Assembly: GCA_963745035.1 (NCBI GenBank)
Contig: CAVUVW010000013.1
Location: 64,001 to 128,000 of the forward strand
DNA: 64,000 nt
DNA from: an uncultured delta proteobacterium
GTDB lineage: Bacteria; Desulfobacterota; Binatia; UBA9968
Direction: 5' to 3'
The position numbers and the translations under genes are program-made. This document shows, one piece after another, positions 30,438 through 39,840 of this stretch; the first letter of the stretch is position 1, and every line of letters begins with the position of its first letter. The notes under the pieces were generated by a model that saw only the letters and a list, made by a program, of their open reading frames with translations, did not search any database and was not told where the DNA came from.

Positions 30438-30454
30438 GGCAATACACGAGCCAG
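30438..30454 (-). promoter_or_regulatory. Possible sigma54 (-24/-12) promoter
   Basis: Minus strand CTGGCTCGTGTATTGCC (GG-N10-GC) just upstream of the lipoprotein ATG. Confidence 0.35.
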
Positions 30455-30590
30455 AATTGCGGGTGTGCCAACGGAAGGGACTGCTTGGAGCAATTCTATA
30501 TGCGCGTCCGGTTTTCGTGCCATTCGCGCAGACAAAAATGTTAGAGCGGTGGTAAGTTTTACCGCCAAGGCGAGCAGAGGCGCAGCCGTG

Positions 30591-31244
30591 CTAATGGCCG
30601 CCGATGCCGGTAATTTTGATGCTACCGTGCTTCGACTTGTACTTTCGGTTGAGCGCAATAATAACGCCCGTAAGTCCTTCGATCACGTAGGCGTTGCTCG
30701 CCGGCCCGCCGTCGTAAGCGGTCGCGCCGATGCGCGTGATGATCTCCATGACTTTTTGCTTGGCTTCGGCGTTGTCGCCGCAGACCAGCACGTCTCCCAG
30801 CGGCGCGTCCACGTCGCCTAAGTCGACGGCGGAAATATTGTGCAGCGCGCCGACAACCGGCGCCTCGTCGGCCAAAATCTGCTGCGCTTCCTGGAGCGCT
30901 GAGCCGGCCGGCGGCACGAACGGTTTCACTTTGTTGAGCGGCACGACGGTGTCGATCACGATCTTCCCCGCCAATTGTCCTTTGAGATCCGATACCATCT
31001 GCGCGTGCCCCTCGTAGGGCACGGCGATGACGACGAAGTTGGCCTCTTTGACCGCTTCCTTGTTCGTTGTGCCGGCTATTTCGCCGGCTCGCAGTTTTGG
31101 TTTCAACGTTTCAACGGCGTTGCTAGCCTTCTCGGCATCGCGCGAGCCGATGATGATCTTCACTCCCGGCGCGCCCAGGCGCAGCGCCAACGCGCTGCCC
31201 AGATTGCCCGTTCCGCCGACGATTGCCACGCTAAACTGATCCAT
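30591..31244 (-). CDS. npdG: NADPH-dependent F420 reductase
   Basis: GGTGNLG, IGSRD, AVPY, GSA, ALHNISA and IEGLT; lies in the cof cluster. Confidence 0.9.
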   Translation of the reverse strand: MDQFSVAIVGGTGNLGSALALRLGAPGVKIIIGSRDAEKASNAVETLKPKLRAGEIAGTTNKEAVKEANFVVIAVPYEGHAQMVSDLKGQLAGKIVIDTVVPLNKVKPFVPPAGSALQEAQQILADEAPVVGALHNISAVDLGDVDAPLGDVLVCGDNAEAKQKVMEIITRIGATAYDGGPASNAYVIEGLTGVIIALNRKYKSKHGSIKITGIGGH

Positions 31245-31258
31245 GATGATTTCTCGAA

Positions 31259-32011
31259 CTAGCGAAAAAGATCCTCCGCCTCGGGGCGAAGAAGCTCCCG
31301 CGCCGATCCATCCTCCTTTGTTTCGATGTCGTATCCGCGCGCGACCACCACCGGCACGCCGTCGCGCTTGCCCATAACCAATTCCGCCGCCGCGGCAAAC
31401 TCATCGGCGATGGCCGCCACCGCGGCCTTGAGCCGGTAGCCGTAGCGGTCTTCCAACCCGCGCTCATCTTTGACGGGGCTCATGCCCGCCACGCCGATCG
31501 CGACGTCAACGGTGCCCAGCCGCCAGGCCCTGCCGAAGCTGTCGCTGATGATCACCGCCGGCTTTTTGCCGGTGTGCTGCGCGATCACGGCGCGAATTTC
31601 CCGCGCCGAGCGATCCGGGTCTTTGGGCAGCAGAGCCACCTGCCGCAAGCCGACATTGGATTGATCGACGCCCGCGTTGGCGCAGACAAAGCCGTGGTGC
31701 GTTTCCACGATCAGCGCCCGCCCGCCGGTGCGAATCACGTCCCGGCTCTCGGCCAGAATCACCTCGACCAGCTCGGGTTCTTTGTCGAGCTCGGCGGCCA
31801 ACTCCTTCGCCCGCGCCGAAGCCGTGACCTCGGCGAGATGCGCCATCCGCCCTTCCGCCTTGGAAACGATTTTTTGGGCGATTACCAAAACGTCATGCTC
31901 GGCGAGCTCGATTTTCTGGCGAGCGCAGGCCGCGCAAATGAGCTCGCCGATAGAATCGCCGGCGCGGACCTCGCCGATACCCTCGACGCCGATCAGCTCG
32001 AGCCGCTTCAT
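31259..32011 (-). CDS. cofE: Coenzyme F420-0:L-glutamate ligase
   Basis: KIVSKAEGR, VCANAGVDQSN, LLPKDPD, ISDSFGRAWR and EDLFR. Confidence 0.95.
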   Translation of the reverse strand: MKRLELIGVEGIGEVRAGDSIGELICAACARQKIELAEHDVLVIAQKIVSKAEGRMAHLAEVTASARAKELAAELDKEPELVEVILAESRDVIRTGGRALIVETHHGFVCANAGVDQSNVGLRQVALLPKDPDRSAREIRAVIAQHTGKKPAVIISDSFGRAWRLGTVDVAIGVAGMSPVKDERGLEDRYGYRLKAAVAAIADEFAAAAELVMGKRDGVPVVVARGYDIETKEDGSARELLRPEAEDLFR

Positions 32012-32697
32012 AGGCTTTCGCCGCGCGGAACGCCGAGCGCAGCATGCTCGGCCAGGAGAGCGCGCGCCACCCGCACCGACTCGCCGGGCGTCGCTTCGTA
32101 GGCGAGAAATCGTTCGAGATCTTTGGGCTCGTCGATATCGAGCGCGATGTGTTCGTTTTCGTAAAAGCGCATCGGCAAGCCCTGGGCGGTCACCTGGCTC
32201 AGATGGAACGTAAAGCTGTCGTAGCCGAAGCGCAGCGGAATGACATCGGGCGGCGCCAATAAGAGCGCGTTGGTGCCCTTGCGGTCGTGGGACGGGACCA
32301 GCAGCGCAAACGGCGGCGCCGCATCGTGCGGGACTTGCGCGAGGATCTGCTCGATATCGGCGGCTCCCACGAGCGGCATGTCGCCGGGCAGGATGAGCAC
32401 CGCTTCGCAGCCGGCGCGCTGCAACTCCTGCCGGGCAAAGTCGACCGCCGCGGTCTCGCCGTTCTCGACGCGCTCGCGAATCACTTCCGCGCCGGCGAGC
32501 GCGGCGATGCCCGCCACCTTGTCGTCTCCGGTCACCACGAAAGTCCCCGCCAATCCCCGCGCCGTTCTCACCTGCCGCAGCACATCGCGGAACATGGTCT
32601 CGGCAAGCAGCTCGCGCGCCGCGCCGCTCAAGACCGGCGTGAGGCGCTGCTTGGCGTTGCGAAAGCCCTTCACGGGCATGAGGGCGGCGATATTCAT
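32008..32697 (-). CDS. cofC: 2-phospho-L-lactate/PEP guanylyltransferase
   Basis: PVK...AKQRL, PGDMP, GTNAL, FG..SF..H and LDIDEP.DL. Confidence 0.93.
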   Translation of the reverse strand: MNIAALMPVKGFRNAKQRLTPVLSGAARELLAETMFRDVLRQVRTARGLAGTFVVTGDDKVAGIAALAGAEVIRERVENGETAAVDFARQELQRAGCEAVLILPGDMPLVGAADIEQILAQVPHDAAPPFALLVPSHDRKGTNALLLAPPDVIPLRFGYDSFTFHLSQVTAQGLPMRFYENEHIALDIDEPKDLERFLAYEATPGESVRVARALLAEHAALGVPRGESL

Positions 32698-32724
32698 GCG
32701 TGGTCCAGAAAGAATTTTTTTAGA

Positions 32725-33651
32725 CTATTTTCGCGCCCACGCCAAGACCTCGCCGGCGAGGCGCCGCTTGTCGGCAAGCGATGTCATGCGGATGTTTGTG
32801 CCGCGGGTTTTGATGCCGAGACTTTCGATCTCCGCGGCGATGCTCTCGTCCTCCGCCGCGATCAGAAGCTTATCGAGAAAACCGCGATAGAAATCAGCGA
32901 CGCCGAACGCCGATGCTCGCCAGCCGCTCGCGCGCATCAATTTATCGGCCGGACCTGAGATCGCCGCCGCGCCGATCATCGGGCTCACGCCCACCGCCGG
33001 CGCTTCGGTTTGTTCGAGCGCCGCGCGAACTCCGGGCACGGCGAGGATCGGGCCGATGCTGGTGATCGGATTGCTTGGACAAACAATGATCGCTTCGGCG
33101 CGGTGAATCGCGTCGAGCACGCCGGGCGCGGGCCGGCTCTGTTCCACGCCGGCGAAGCGGACGGCTAGAACGTCGGGCGCCCAGCGTTCCCTGACGAAGA
33201 ATTCTTGAAAAGAAAGCTCGCCCGTCGCAATCTTCACCCGGGTTTCGACACGCTCATCGGACATCGGCAAGATTCTCGCGGCGACGCGGAGCGCGCGGCG
33301 AATCTGCTCGGTGACCTCGGAAAGTTTTCGCCCTTCGTTCAAAAGCCGCGTGCGTGTGATGTGCGTCGCCAGATCCTGATCACCGAGGTTGAACCAAGCG
33401 TCGTTACCCAAACGGCGCAGTTGCTCCAGCACGGTGAAGGTATCGCCCTTGATGCCCCAACCTTTTTCGGTGTCGCTCAGACCGGCCAGCGTGTAGGTGA
33501 TCGTGTCGATGTCGGGCGAGATATGCAGGCCGTGAAAGACGCAGTCGTCGCCGGTATTGCAGATGATTGTCAGATCGGCGGGATCAACGATCGCGGCCAG
33601 GCCCTCGACGAGCTTGGCGCCGCCGGTGCCGCCGCTAAGAGCGACGATCAT
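32725..33651 (-). CDS. cofD: 2-phospho-L-lactate transferase (in frame with upstream cofG in this assembly)
   Basis: LSGGTGGAK, NTGDD, ISPDIDT, WFNLGDQD and PSNPITSI. Confidence 0.94.
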   Translation of the reverse strand: MIVALSGGTGGAKLVEGLAAIVDPADLTIICNTGDDCVFHGLHISPDIDTITYTLAGLSDTEKGWGIKGDTFTVLEQLRRLGNDAWFNLGDQDLATHITRTRLLNEGRKLSEVTEQIRRALRVAARILPMSDERVETRVKIATGELSFQEFFVRERWAPDVLAVRFAGVEQSRPAPGVLDAIHRAEAIIVCPSNPITSIGPILAVPGVRAALEQTEAPAVGVSPMIGAAAISGPADKLMRASGWRASAFGVADFYRGFLDKLLIAAEDESIAAEIESLGIKTRGTNIRMTSLADKRRLAGEVLAWARK

Positions 33652-34878
33652 CAGGAAGGCCCTGAAAGCGACGGAGTGTTGGTGTAATGAGAGTATTGGC
33701 AATTCCCGGAGCGGTCCGTTTTCTTTTACCAAGCCGTCGGCGCCACAAAGGCGTTCCACGGAAGGAATGAGTGAATGGGGCAGATATTTTTCACCCTGGT
33801 GAATAAATTCCGGATAAATCGGCAAACGCGCTCTCAGTTCGAAACCCGCTTGCGCACTTTTCTCTTGCAGCAATTGCAGCGTCGGCCACGGCGCTTCGGG
33901 ATTGATATAATCCGGCGTCAGCGGCGAAACGCCGCCCCAGTCGTTGATTCCGGCTTCTAAATACAACTCGTAACCTTCCGGCGTCAGATTGGGCGGCGCC
34001 TGGATGTTCATCTCGCCGCCGAGGATCAAGCGCGCGAGCGCTACTGTCTTCGACATGTCGTCGCGCGTCGCGTCGGGATGAGCGCGCATGGGAATCGTCG
34101 GCTTGGCGCGAAAGTTCTGCACGATCACTTCTTGAATGTGGCCGTAGCGTTCGTGCAGCGCGCGAATCGCGAGCAAAGAATCGATCCGCTCCTCCCAATT
34201 CTCGCCGATGCCGATGAGAATACCCGTGGTAAACGGCAGGCGCAGCTCTCCCGCCAGCTCCAACGTGCGCAGCCGCACCGCCGGCTTTTTGTCCGGCGCG
34301 TTGTCATGAGCCGCGCCGGGAAGCAGCAACCGCTCGCTCACGCTTTCGAGCATGAGTCCCATGCTCGGGTTGACTTCCTTGAGACGCTGCAAATCACCCC
34401 GCCCCATCACCCCGGGATTCGAGTGCGGCAACAATCCGGTTTCGTCTAAAACCGCGCGGCAAGCCTCGAGCAAATAATCGAGCGTGCGCTGGTGGCCGCG
34501 CTCGGTTAGGAACGCTTTCATTTCCGGATAAATCGCTTCCGGCTTATCGCCGAGGCTAAAAAGCACTTCGGTGCAGCCGAGCAGCCTTCCCTGATTGACG
34601 ACGCGCAGAACTTCGTCGATGGTCATGGTCTTGGCGCCCGCCTCATCCGGCGCCTTACGAAACGTGCAATAGCCGCAAAAATCGCGGCAGAGATTAGTCA
34701 ACGGGACGAAAACCTTGGGAGAGAAAGTGACGATGCGCCCTTTATGTTGATTGCGAAGTCGTGCCGCAGCCGCAAGCAAAATCGCCAGCTCATCGCCTTC
34801 GATGCGGGCAAGTGCCAGTGCTTCAGCACGGCCGACCTGCTTGCCTCGCAGACAGTCGGTTAAAACATCCGCGATCAC
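33651..34878 (-). CDS. cofG: FO synthase subunit CofG (radical SAM)
   Basis: TFSPKVFVPLTNLCRDFCGYC, LLPHSNPG, PFTTGILIGIGE, QAPPNL and DWGGVSPLTPD. Confidence 0.94.
33673..33699. repeat. Degenerate single arm of the 8-nt-unit (TGGAGTAA-like) element at the cofG/cofD junction
   Basis: ggagtgtt ggtgtaat g(a)gagtatt gg; same unit as at 43652 and 58304. Confidence 0.55.
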
Positions 34879-35077
34879 TCTTGCTTGAATATCGGATCAC
34901 CGCCCCGGTTTCAAATCACTGACGCGTGAACCGTAACAACCTTGCAGCAGCTAATACACGAGAGTACTCGCCTCCCTTGGTAGCAGAGCGGCGTTTCGGT
35001 TGCCCTTGCGAGTTTCGCTGTGGTACTTCTCAAGCGTTTGGTGCTGACAAAGCGCAACTCAAAGCGGAGGAAAAGTC

Positions 35078-36277
35078 ATGGACAATTTCGACAATGTGCT
35101 GGTCATCGATGCCGACGGCCATGTGTACGAAGGCAACGTCGATCTCGCCAGGAGAATGCCGGAAAAGTGGCGCTCGCAGGCGCCGGTTCGGTTGAAGGAC
35201 AACGAGGGCAACTCGCGCATTTTGCTCGAAGGCCGTCTGTGGTCGGCGTCGCAAGGGTTGGCTCCCGGCGTCTCAGGGCCGATGACCGAGAAGGCGCGCG
35301 GCTATCGCGATGGGATGGTCGATCCCCGCGCTCGGCTGAAAGACATGGACGAGGAAGGCATCGACGTCGCGATTCTCTTCGGCACGCAGATCGCGCTCAC
35401 GGTGAACGGTTTGATGAACAAGGAACTCGCCGCCGTGCTTTGCCGCGCGGTAAACGAGTGGCTGATCGAATATTGCTCCGCCGACCCGAAGCGTTTGCTC
35501 GCTGTCGGTTTGATTCCTTGCCAGGACCCACCGGCTGCGGTGGAAGAGCTGGAATATCTCAAAAAAGCCGGCGCGATCACCGCGATGCTGCCGACCAACG
35601 TCTACGGATTAAACAACATGGGCGATCGCATGTTCGATCCGATCTACGATTGCGCTCAATCGATCGGCATGCCGCTCAGCGTCCATCCGCAGACCGGCCA
35701 CGACGGCGTCCTCGGCGTCTCCGGCGTCATGGGCGCGGGCAGCGAGCGCTTTCGCAAATACGCCTACGTGCACATGACTGCTTTTCCGTTTGAGCTGATG
35801 ATCGCCATGATGCACATGATCGGCGAGGGCGTCTTCGACCGCTATCCGAAATTGCGTGTCGGATTCATGGAGGGCGGCGCCGGCTGGCTGCCGTTCTGGG
35901 CCGAGCGCTTCGACGAGCATATCGAAAAGCTCGCGCCGCAGATGCCCGACCTCAAGCGCCGGCCGAGCGACATCATCCGCGGCGAGCAAGTGACGCTTAC
36001 CTGCGAGTCCGAAGAGACCGGCCTCGACCGCGTCTTCGCCGCCAACGGCGAGAACACCGTCATGTACGCCTCGGACTACTGCCACTGGGATTGTCACTTT
36101 CCCTATTCGGTGAAGGATGTGGTCGACGGAGCGGATCTGTCGTTTGCGCAGAAGGAGCGGTTGCTGAGCAAGAACGCCGTCGAATTTTTCCAACTGAAAA
36201 ACCTGCCCCAGCCGAGCGCGCTCAAGAACGCGCGGCGGAGCTGGAGCGGAAGCTTGGCAAAAGCGGCAACGGCGTGA
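35078..36277 (+). CDS. Amidohydrolase-2 family protein
   Basis: IDADGH, RLKDMDEEGID, SVHP, FMEGG and ASDYCHWD. Confidence 0.92.
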   Translation: MDNFDNVLVIDADGHVYEGNVDLARRMPEKWRSQAPVRLKDNEGNSRILLEGRLWSASQGLAPGVSGPMTEKARGYRDGMVDPRARLKDMDEEGIDVAILFGTQIALTVNGLMNKELAAVLCRAVNEWLIEYCSADPKRLLAVGLIPCQDPPAAVEELEYLKKAGAITAMLPTNVYGLNNMGDRMFDPIYDCAQSIGMPLSVHPQTGHDGVLGVSGVMGAGSERFRKYAYVHMTAFPFELMIAMMHMIGEGVFDRYPKLRVGFMEGGAGWLPFWAERFDEHIEKLAPQMPDLKRRPSDIIRGEQVTLTCESEETGLDRVFAANGENTVMYASDYCHWDCHFPYSVKDVVDGADLSFAQKERLLSKNAVEFFQLKNLPQPSALKNARRSWSGSLAKAATA

Positions 36278-36288
36278 GGAGATACGAC

Positions 36289-37239
36289 ATGCGAGCGGGA
36301 CGGTTGATTCTCATCGCTCTCTTGACGGCATTCGGTTTGGTTCCGCGCCTGGCGCAGGGAGCGGAGGCAACTTATAAAATTCGCATCGGCTTTCCCTCTC
36401 TCGCTTTTTCCTACATGCCCTATTACATCGCCCAGGAAAAAGGGATCTACAAAAAGCACGGCATCGAGTCCGAATACATTCAGATGGGCACCACGATCCA
36501 ACCCCAGGCGGTCGTCGCGGGTAACATCAACTATTTGACCTCCGTCTCGGCCGGTATTTCCGCGGCGGTCGCCGGTCTGCCTCTGGTCATCGTCATCAGC
36601 TTTTCCGACACTTCGCCGTGGGTGCTGGTGACGAGCAAAGATATCCACAAGCCTCAGGATCTCGCCGGCAAGACCGTCGCGCTCTCCGGAGTTCGCACCG
36701 CGCCCTACTACTACTTCAACGCATTTTTGAAGAAATACGAAATCAATCCGAAAGACGTGAGCACAATCAGCACCGGAGGAACCGCGGATAGCTTTCGCGC
36801 GCTGACGGCCAACCGCGTCGCCGCCACGGTACTGACGCCGCCATTCGATGACAAAGCGGTTTCTCTCGGCTACAAGAAATTCATGCAGCTGGGCGAGCTG
36901 GCGGATATTCCGTACGTCGGCCTGGTGACCTCGCAAAACGAGATCAAAACCAACCGCGAGTCGGTGCGCCGTACCGTGGCGGCGGTGATGGATTCGATTG
37001 CGTGGCTGCGCGCCAATCGCGACGAAAGCACGAAGATGATCATCGACAAATTCAAAGTAACTCCGCAGGAAGCCGAAAATACCTATGCGACCTTGGTGCG
37101 TATCCTCAACAAGGATGGCCGCCTCAATCTTAAGGTGGCGCGCGGCTACGTCGACCTCCTCCGTCAGGAACGTCCGGTCCCGGCGGACTTCGATTTGACA
37201 CGAGTGTTCGATTCCTCGTTCCTACCGGCCAATCGTTAA
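36289..37239 (+). CDS. ABC substrate-binding protein, SsuA/NMT1-like
   Basis: GAGGAG RBS, signal peptide, IAQEKGIYKKHG and DLAGKTVA. Confidence 0.87.
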   Translation: MRAGRLILIALLTAFGLVPRLAQGAEATYKIRIGFPSLAFSYMPYYIAQEKGIYKKHGIESEYIQMGTTIQPQAVVAGNINYLTSVSAGISAAVAGLPLVIVISFSDTSPWVLVTSKDIHKPQDLAGKTVALSGVRTAPYYYFNAFLKKYEINPKDVSTISTGGTADSFRALTANRVAATVLTPPFDDKAVSLGYKKFMQLGELADIPYVGLVTSQNEIKTNRESVRRTVAAVMDSIAWLRANRDESTKMIIDKFKVTPQEAENTYATLVRILNKDGRLNLKVARGYVDLLRQERPVPADFDLTRVFDSSFLPANR

Positions 37240-37249
37240 AGCCCTCGCC

Positions 37250-37909
37250 GTGCGGCCTCTGAAATCATTGCTGTCCTTCAATCTTGTGATCCTCGCCGTC
37301 TTGACCGCCGGCTATGGCGCAGTTTCTGAGGCGCAATCCCGCCGCAACATCAAGGTCGTTTTGGAAACCCGCCAGACCGCCACGAGCAACCAGGAAGCAT
37401 TGCAAGGCTCGGGAAGCGTGATCGTTCGCCGCGGCACGGTTCACCCTTCCGGCCGCATCGCCGGCACCGACCGGCAGACCACCGTGCAGCGGTCGAGCGG
37501 TATTTTTACCCTGGTGCTCGACGGCGGCGAATCGATACTGACGGTCGTCACCCGCGTGCCCCAGGCAGAGATCGCCTATTACTACAATCATGCGCTCGGC
37601 AGCGGCGCCATCGAGCGGCGCATCGTCTTCACCGACGTCGGCACCTCGCTGCGCGTCCAGGCCACGACGTTGGCGGACGGCCAGATTCAACTCCGCTTAA
37701 TTCCGCGCATCAGCTATTTTTCCGTCGACCGTCCCGGCGCGATCGATTTTACCGACGCAGCGAGCGAGCTCATTGTCCCCAACGGCCAGCCCGTCTCACT
37801 GGGCGGCCCGATCGCCAACCTGCACGAGATCACGCGCCAGATTCTCGGCTATTACAATCGCGCGAGCAGCAGCGAAACCGGATTGACGGTCACCGCAACG
37901 GTCCAGTAA
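37250..37909 (+). CDS. Short exported protein with a secretin-like beta domain
   Basis: Signal peptide; VLDGGES..., FTDVGTSLRV...DGQIQLRLIPRIS and VPNGQPVSLGG resemble the secretin core. Confidence 0.55.
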   Translation: MRPLKSLLSFNLVILAVLTAGYGAVSEAQSRRNIKVVLETRQTATSNQEALQGSGSVIVRRGTVHPSGRIAGTDRQTTVQRSSGIFTLVLDGGESILTVVTRVPQAEIAYYYNHALGSGAIERRIVFTDVGTSLRVQATTLADGQIQLRLIPRISYFSVDRPGAIDFTDAASELIVPNGQPVSLGGPIANLHEITRQILGYYNRASSSETGLTVTATVQ

Positions 37910-38044
37910 TCTTCGTTACAACGAGCGCCACCAACCGATGCTTGTCGATAGCCGCGCAAGCAAGGCTGCGCCCGGATAACCGTCTTGACAAAAGGCGCCC
38001 TTGTTGATGACTTAGAAATTAACGACCCGTCAGGAGGACCAGCC

Positions 38045-39139
38045 ATGGCGTTTAACGGCCACACGATTATCGACGGCGACGGCCACGTGATCGAAGAATG
38101 CAAGGAAATCATCAACTACATGCCCCAGCCCTATCGCGACAAGTACGACACCCACAGTTTCTTCAATCCCTTTCCGCCGTTGGATCACCTGCACTCGTCC
38201 AACTTGCACGATTTTCAACCGGGCGCATTTAACAAGGTCGGCCCCGACGGCTGGGTGGCCTTTTTGGAAGACGTCGGCATCGAAGCCACCGTGCTCTACA
38301 CGACCCTGGGTCTCGCCTACGGCAAGATCGTCAGCCGCGATTGGGCCATCGACGTGGGCCGAGCGTACAATGATTGGCTTTACGATACTTATTTGAAGCG
38401 CAGCCCGCGTTTTAAGGGCATGGGTTTAATTCCGCTGCAGGAGCCGCAGGCCGCGGTGGAAGAGCTCAGAAGAATCGTTAAAGATCTCGGCATGTGCGGC
38501 GCCATGCTGCCGTCGACGGGCATTCAGGCCAATCTCGGCGACTCGCGCTACTGGCCGATCTACGAAGAGGCCGACCGCCTCGGCTGCGCCCTCAGCGTCC
38601 ATGGCGGCGCTCACGAAAACCTCGGACTCGATGACCTGACGCCCTACGCGCCGGTGCACTCGCTGGGCCACCCCTTCGGCCAAATGATTTCCTTCGGCGG
38701 CATGATTTTCAACGGCGTGTTCGACAAATTTCCGAACGTGAAATTCGGCTTCATGGAAGGCGGCGTCGCCTGGTTCTTGCTCTGCCTGGAGCGTTTCGAC
38801 CGCTCCTGGGAAACCCATATTCAGCACGACCCGCGCAAGCGCTTTCTCGAGCTTCGGCCCAAGGAAAAAGTGAGCGAATACATCGCGCGCCACGTCGAAG
38901 CGGGACAGATCTTCATCGGCTGCGAAGGCGAAGAGCCCGATATCGCCCACGCGATCAAACGCATCGGCAACAAGCCCTGGGTGTTTTCCAGCGACTATCC
39001 GCACGAAGTCAACAACGAGTTCTGCAAACACGAGATCAACGAGTTTCTCGAAAATAGAGAGATCAGCGACGCCGACAAAGCGGCCTTCCTGCATGGCAAC
39101 GCGCGCAGGTTTTATAGCCTGGGAGCCGCAGGGCTATGA
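38045..39139 (+). CDS. Amidohydrolase-2 family protein
   Basis: AGGAGG RBS; IDGDGH, RAYNDW, SVHGG, FMEGG and SSDYPHE. Confidence 0.92.
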   Translation: MAFNGHTIIDGDGHVIEECKEIINYMPQPYRDKYDTHSFFNPFPPLDHLHSSNLHDFQPGAFNKVGPDGWVAFLEDVGIEATVLYTTLGLAYGKIVSRDWAIDVGRAYNDWLYDTYLKRSPRFKGMGLIPLQEPQAAVEELRRIVKDLGMCGAMLPSTGIQANLGDSRYWPIYEEADRLGCALSVHGGAHENLGLDDLTPYAPVHSLGHPFGQMISFGGMIFNGVFDKFPNVKFGFMEGGVAWFLLCLERFDRSWETHIQHDPRKRFLELRPKEKVSEYIARHVEAGQIFIGCEGEEPDIAHAIKRIGNKPWVFSSDYPHEVNNEFCKHEINEFLENREISDADKAAFLHGNARRFYSLGAAGL

Positions 39140-39838
39140 ACTCCGAGCCGCGCATCGGACTGATTATCCCGTCGGCCAACAGCCTGACCGAGCCGCAATT
39201 TCATCGCTATCTGCCGCCCGAAGTCAGCGCGCACATCGCCCGGCTGCGCATGGCCGGCAAGTTTCGCAAGCCGCTCGAGGAATTGAAATCGTCGCTCATC
39301 GAAGCCGCCGAGGCGCTTTCCGACGTGCGGCCGGCGATGATCGTTTTCCATTGCACCGCAAATTCCATGGAGAAGGGCTTGGCGCACGAGGCCGCCATCG
39401 TCGATATCATCGAAACAGGCGAGCGGCTGTCCGACCATCTCGACCGCGCAAGCGATCACGCGCGCTTTTGATAAGGTTGGCATCAAAAAACTCGTGTTGA
39501 TCAGCCCGTACGTCAAAGCGACCAACGAGCACGAGGTGAACTATCTGGCCGAGGCGGGTTACACAGTCGTCCACGAGCTGGGACTCGGCTTGGAAAGCCA
39601 CGCCTATGCGAAAGTCACGCCGGAAGAATGGAAAAAAGTCGTCAAGGAAAACACCCGCGCCGACGCCGACGGCTACTTTCTCAGCTGCACCAACACGCGG
39701 ATGATCGAAGCGATCGACGATCTGGAGCGCGATCTAGGCAAGCCGGTGGTGAACAGCAACCAAGCCGTCCTCTGGACTTGCCTCGACAAACTCGGCATCC
39801 GCCACGTCGGCGAAAAGCTCGGCCGCTTGTTCCACTAG
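39136..39838 (+). CDS. Maleate cis-trans isomerase/Asp-Glu racemase family protein; frameshift near 39420
   Basis: RIGLIIPSAN, FHCT, SPY, LSCTN and PVVNSNQA; ATGA overlap with the upstream gene. Confidence 0.85.
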
Positions 39839-39840
39839 CA

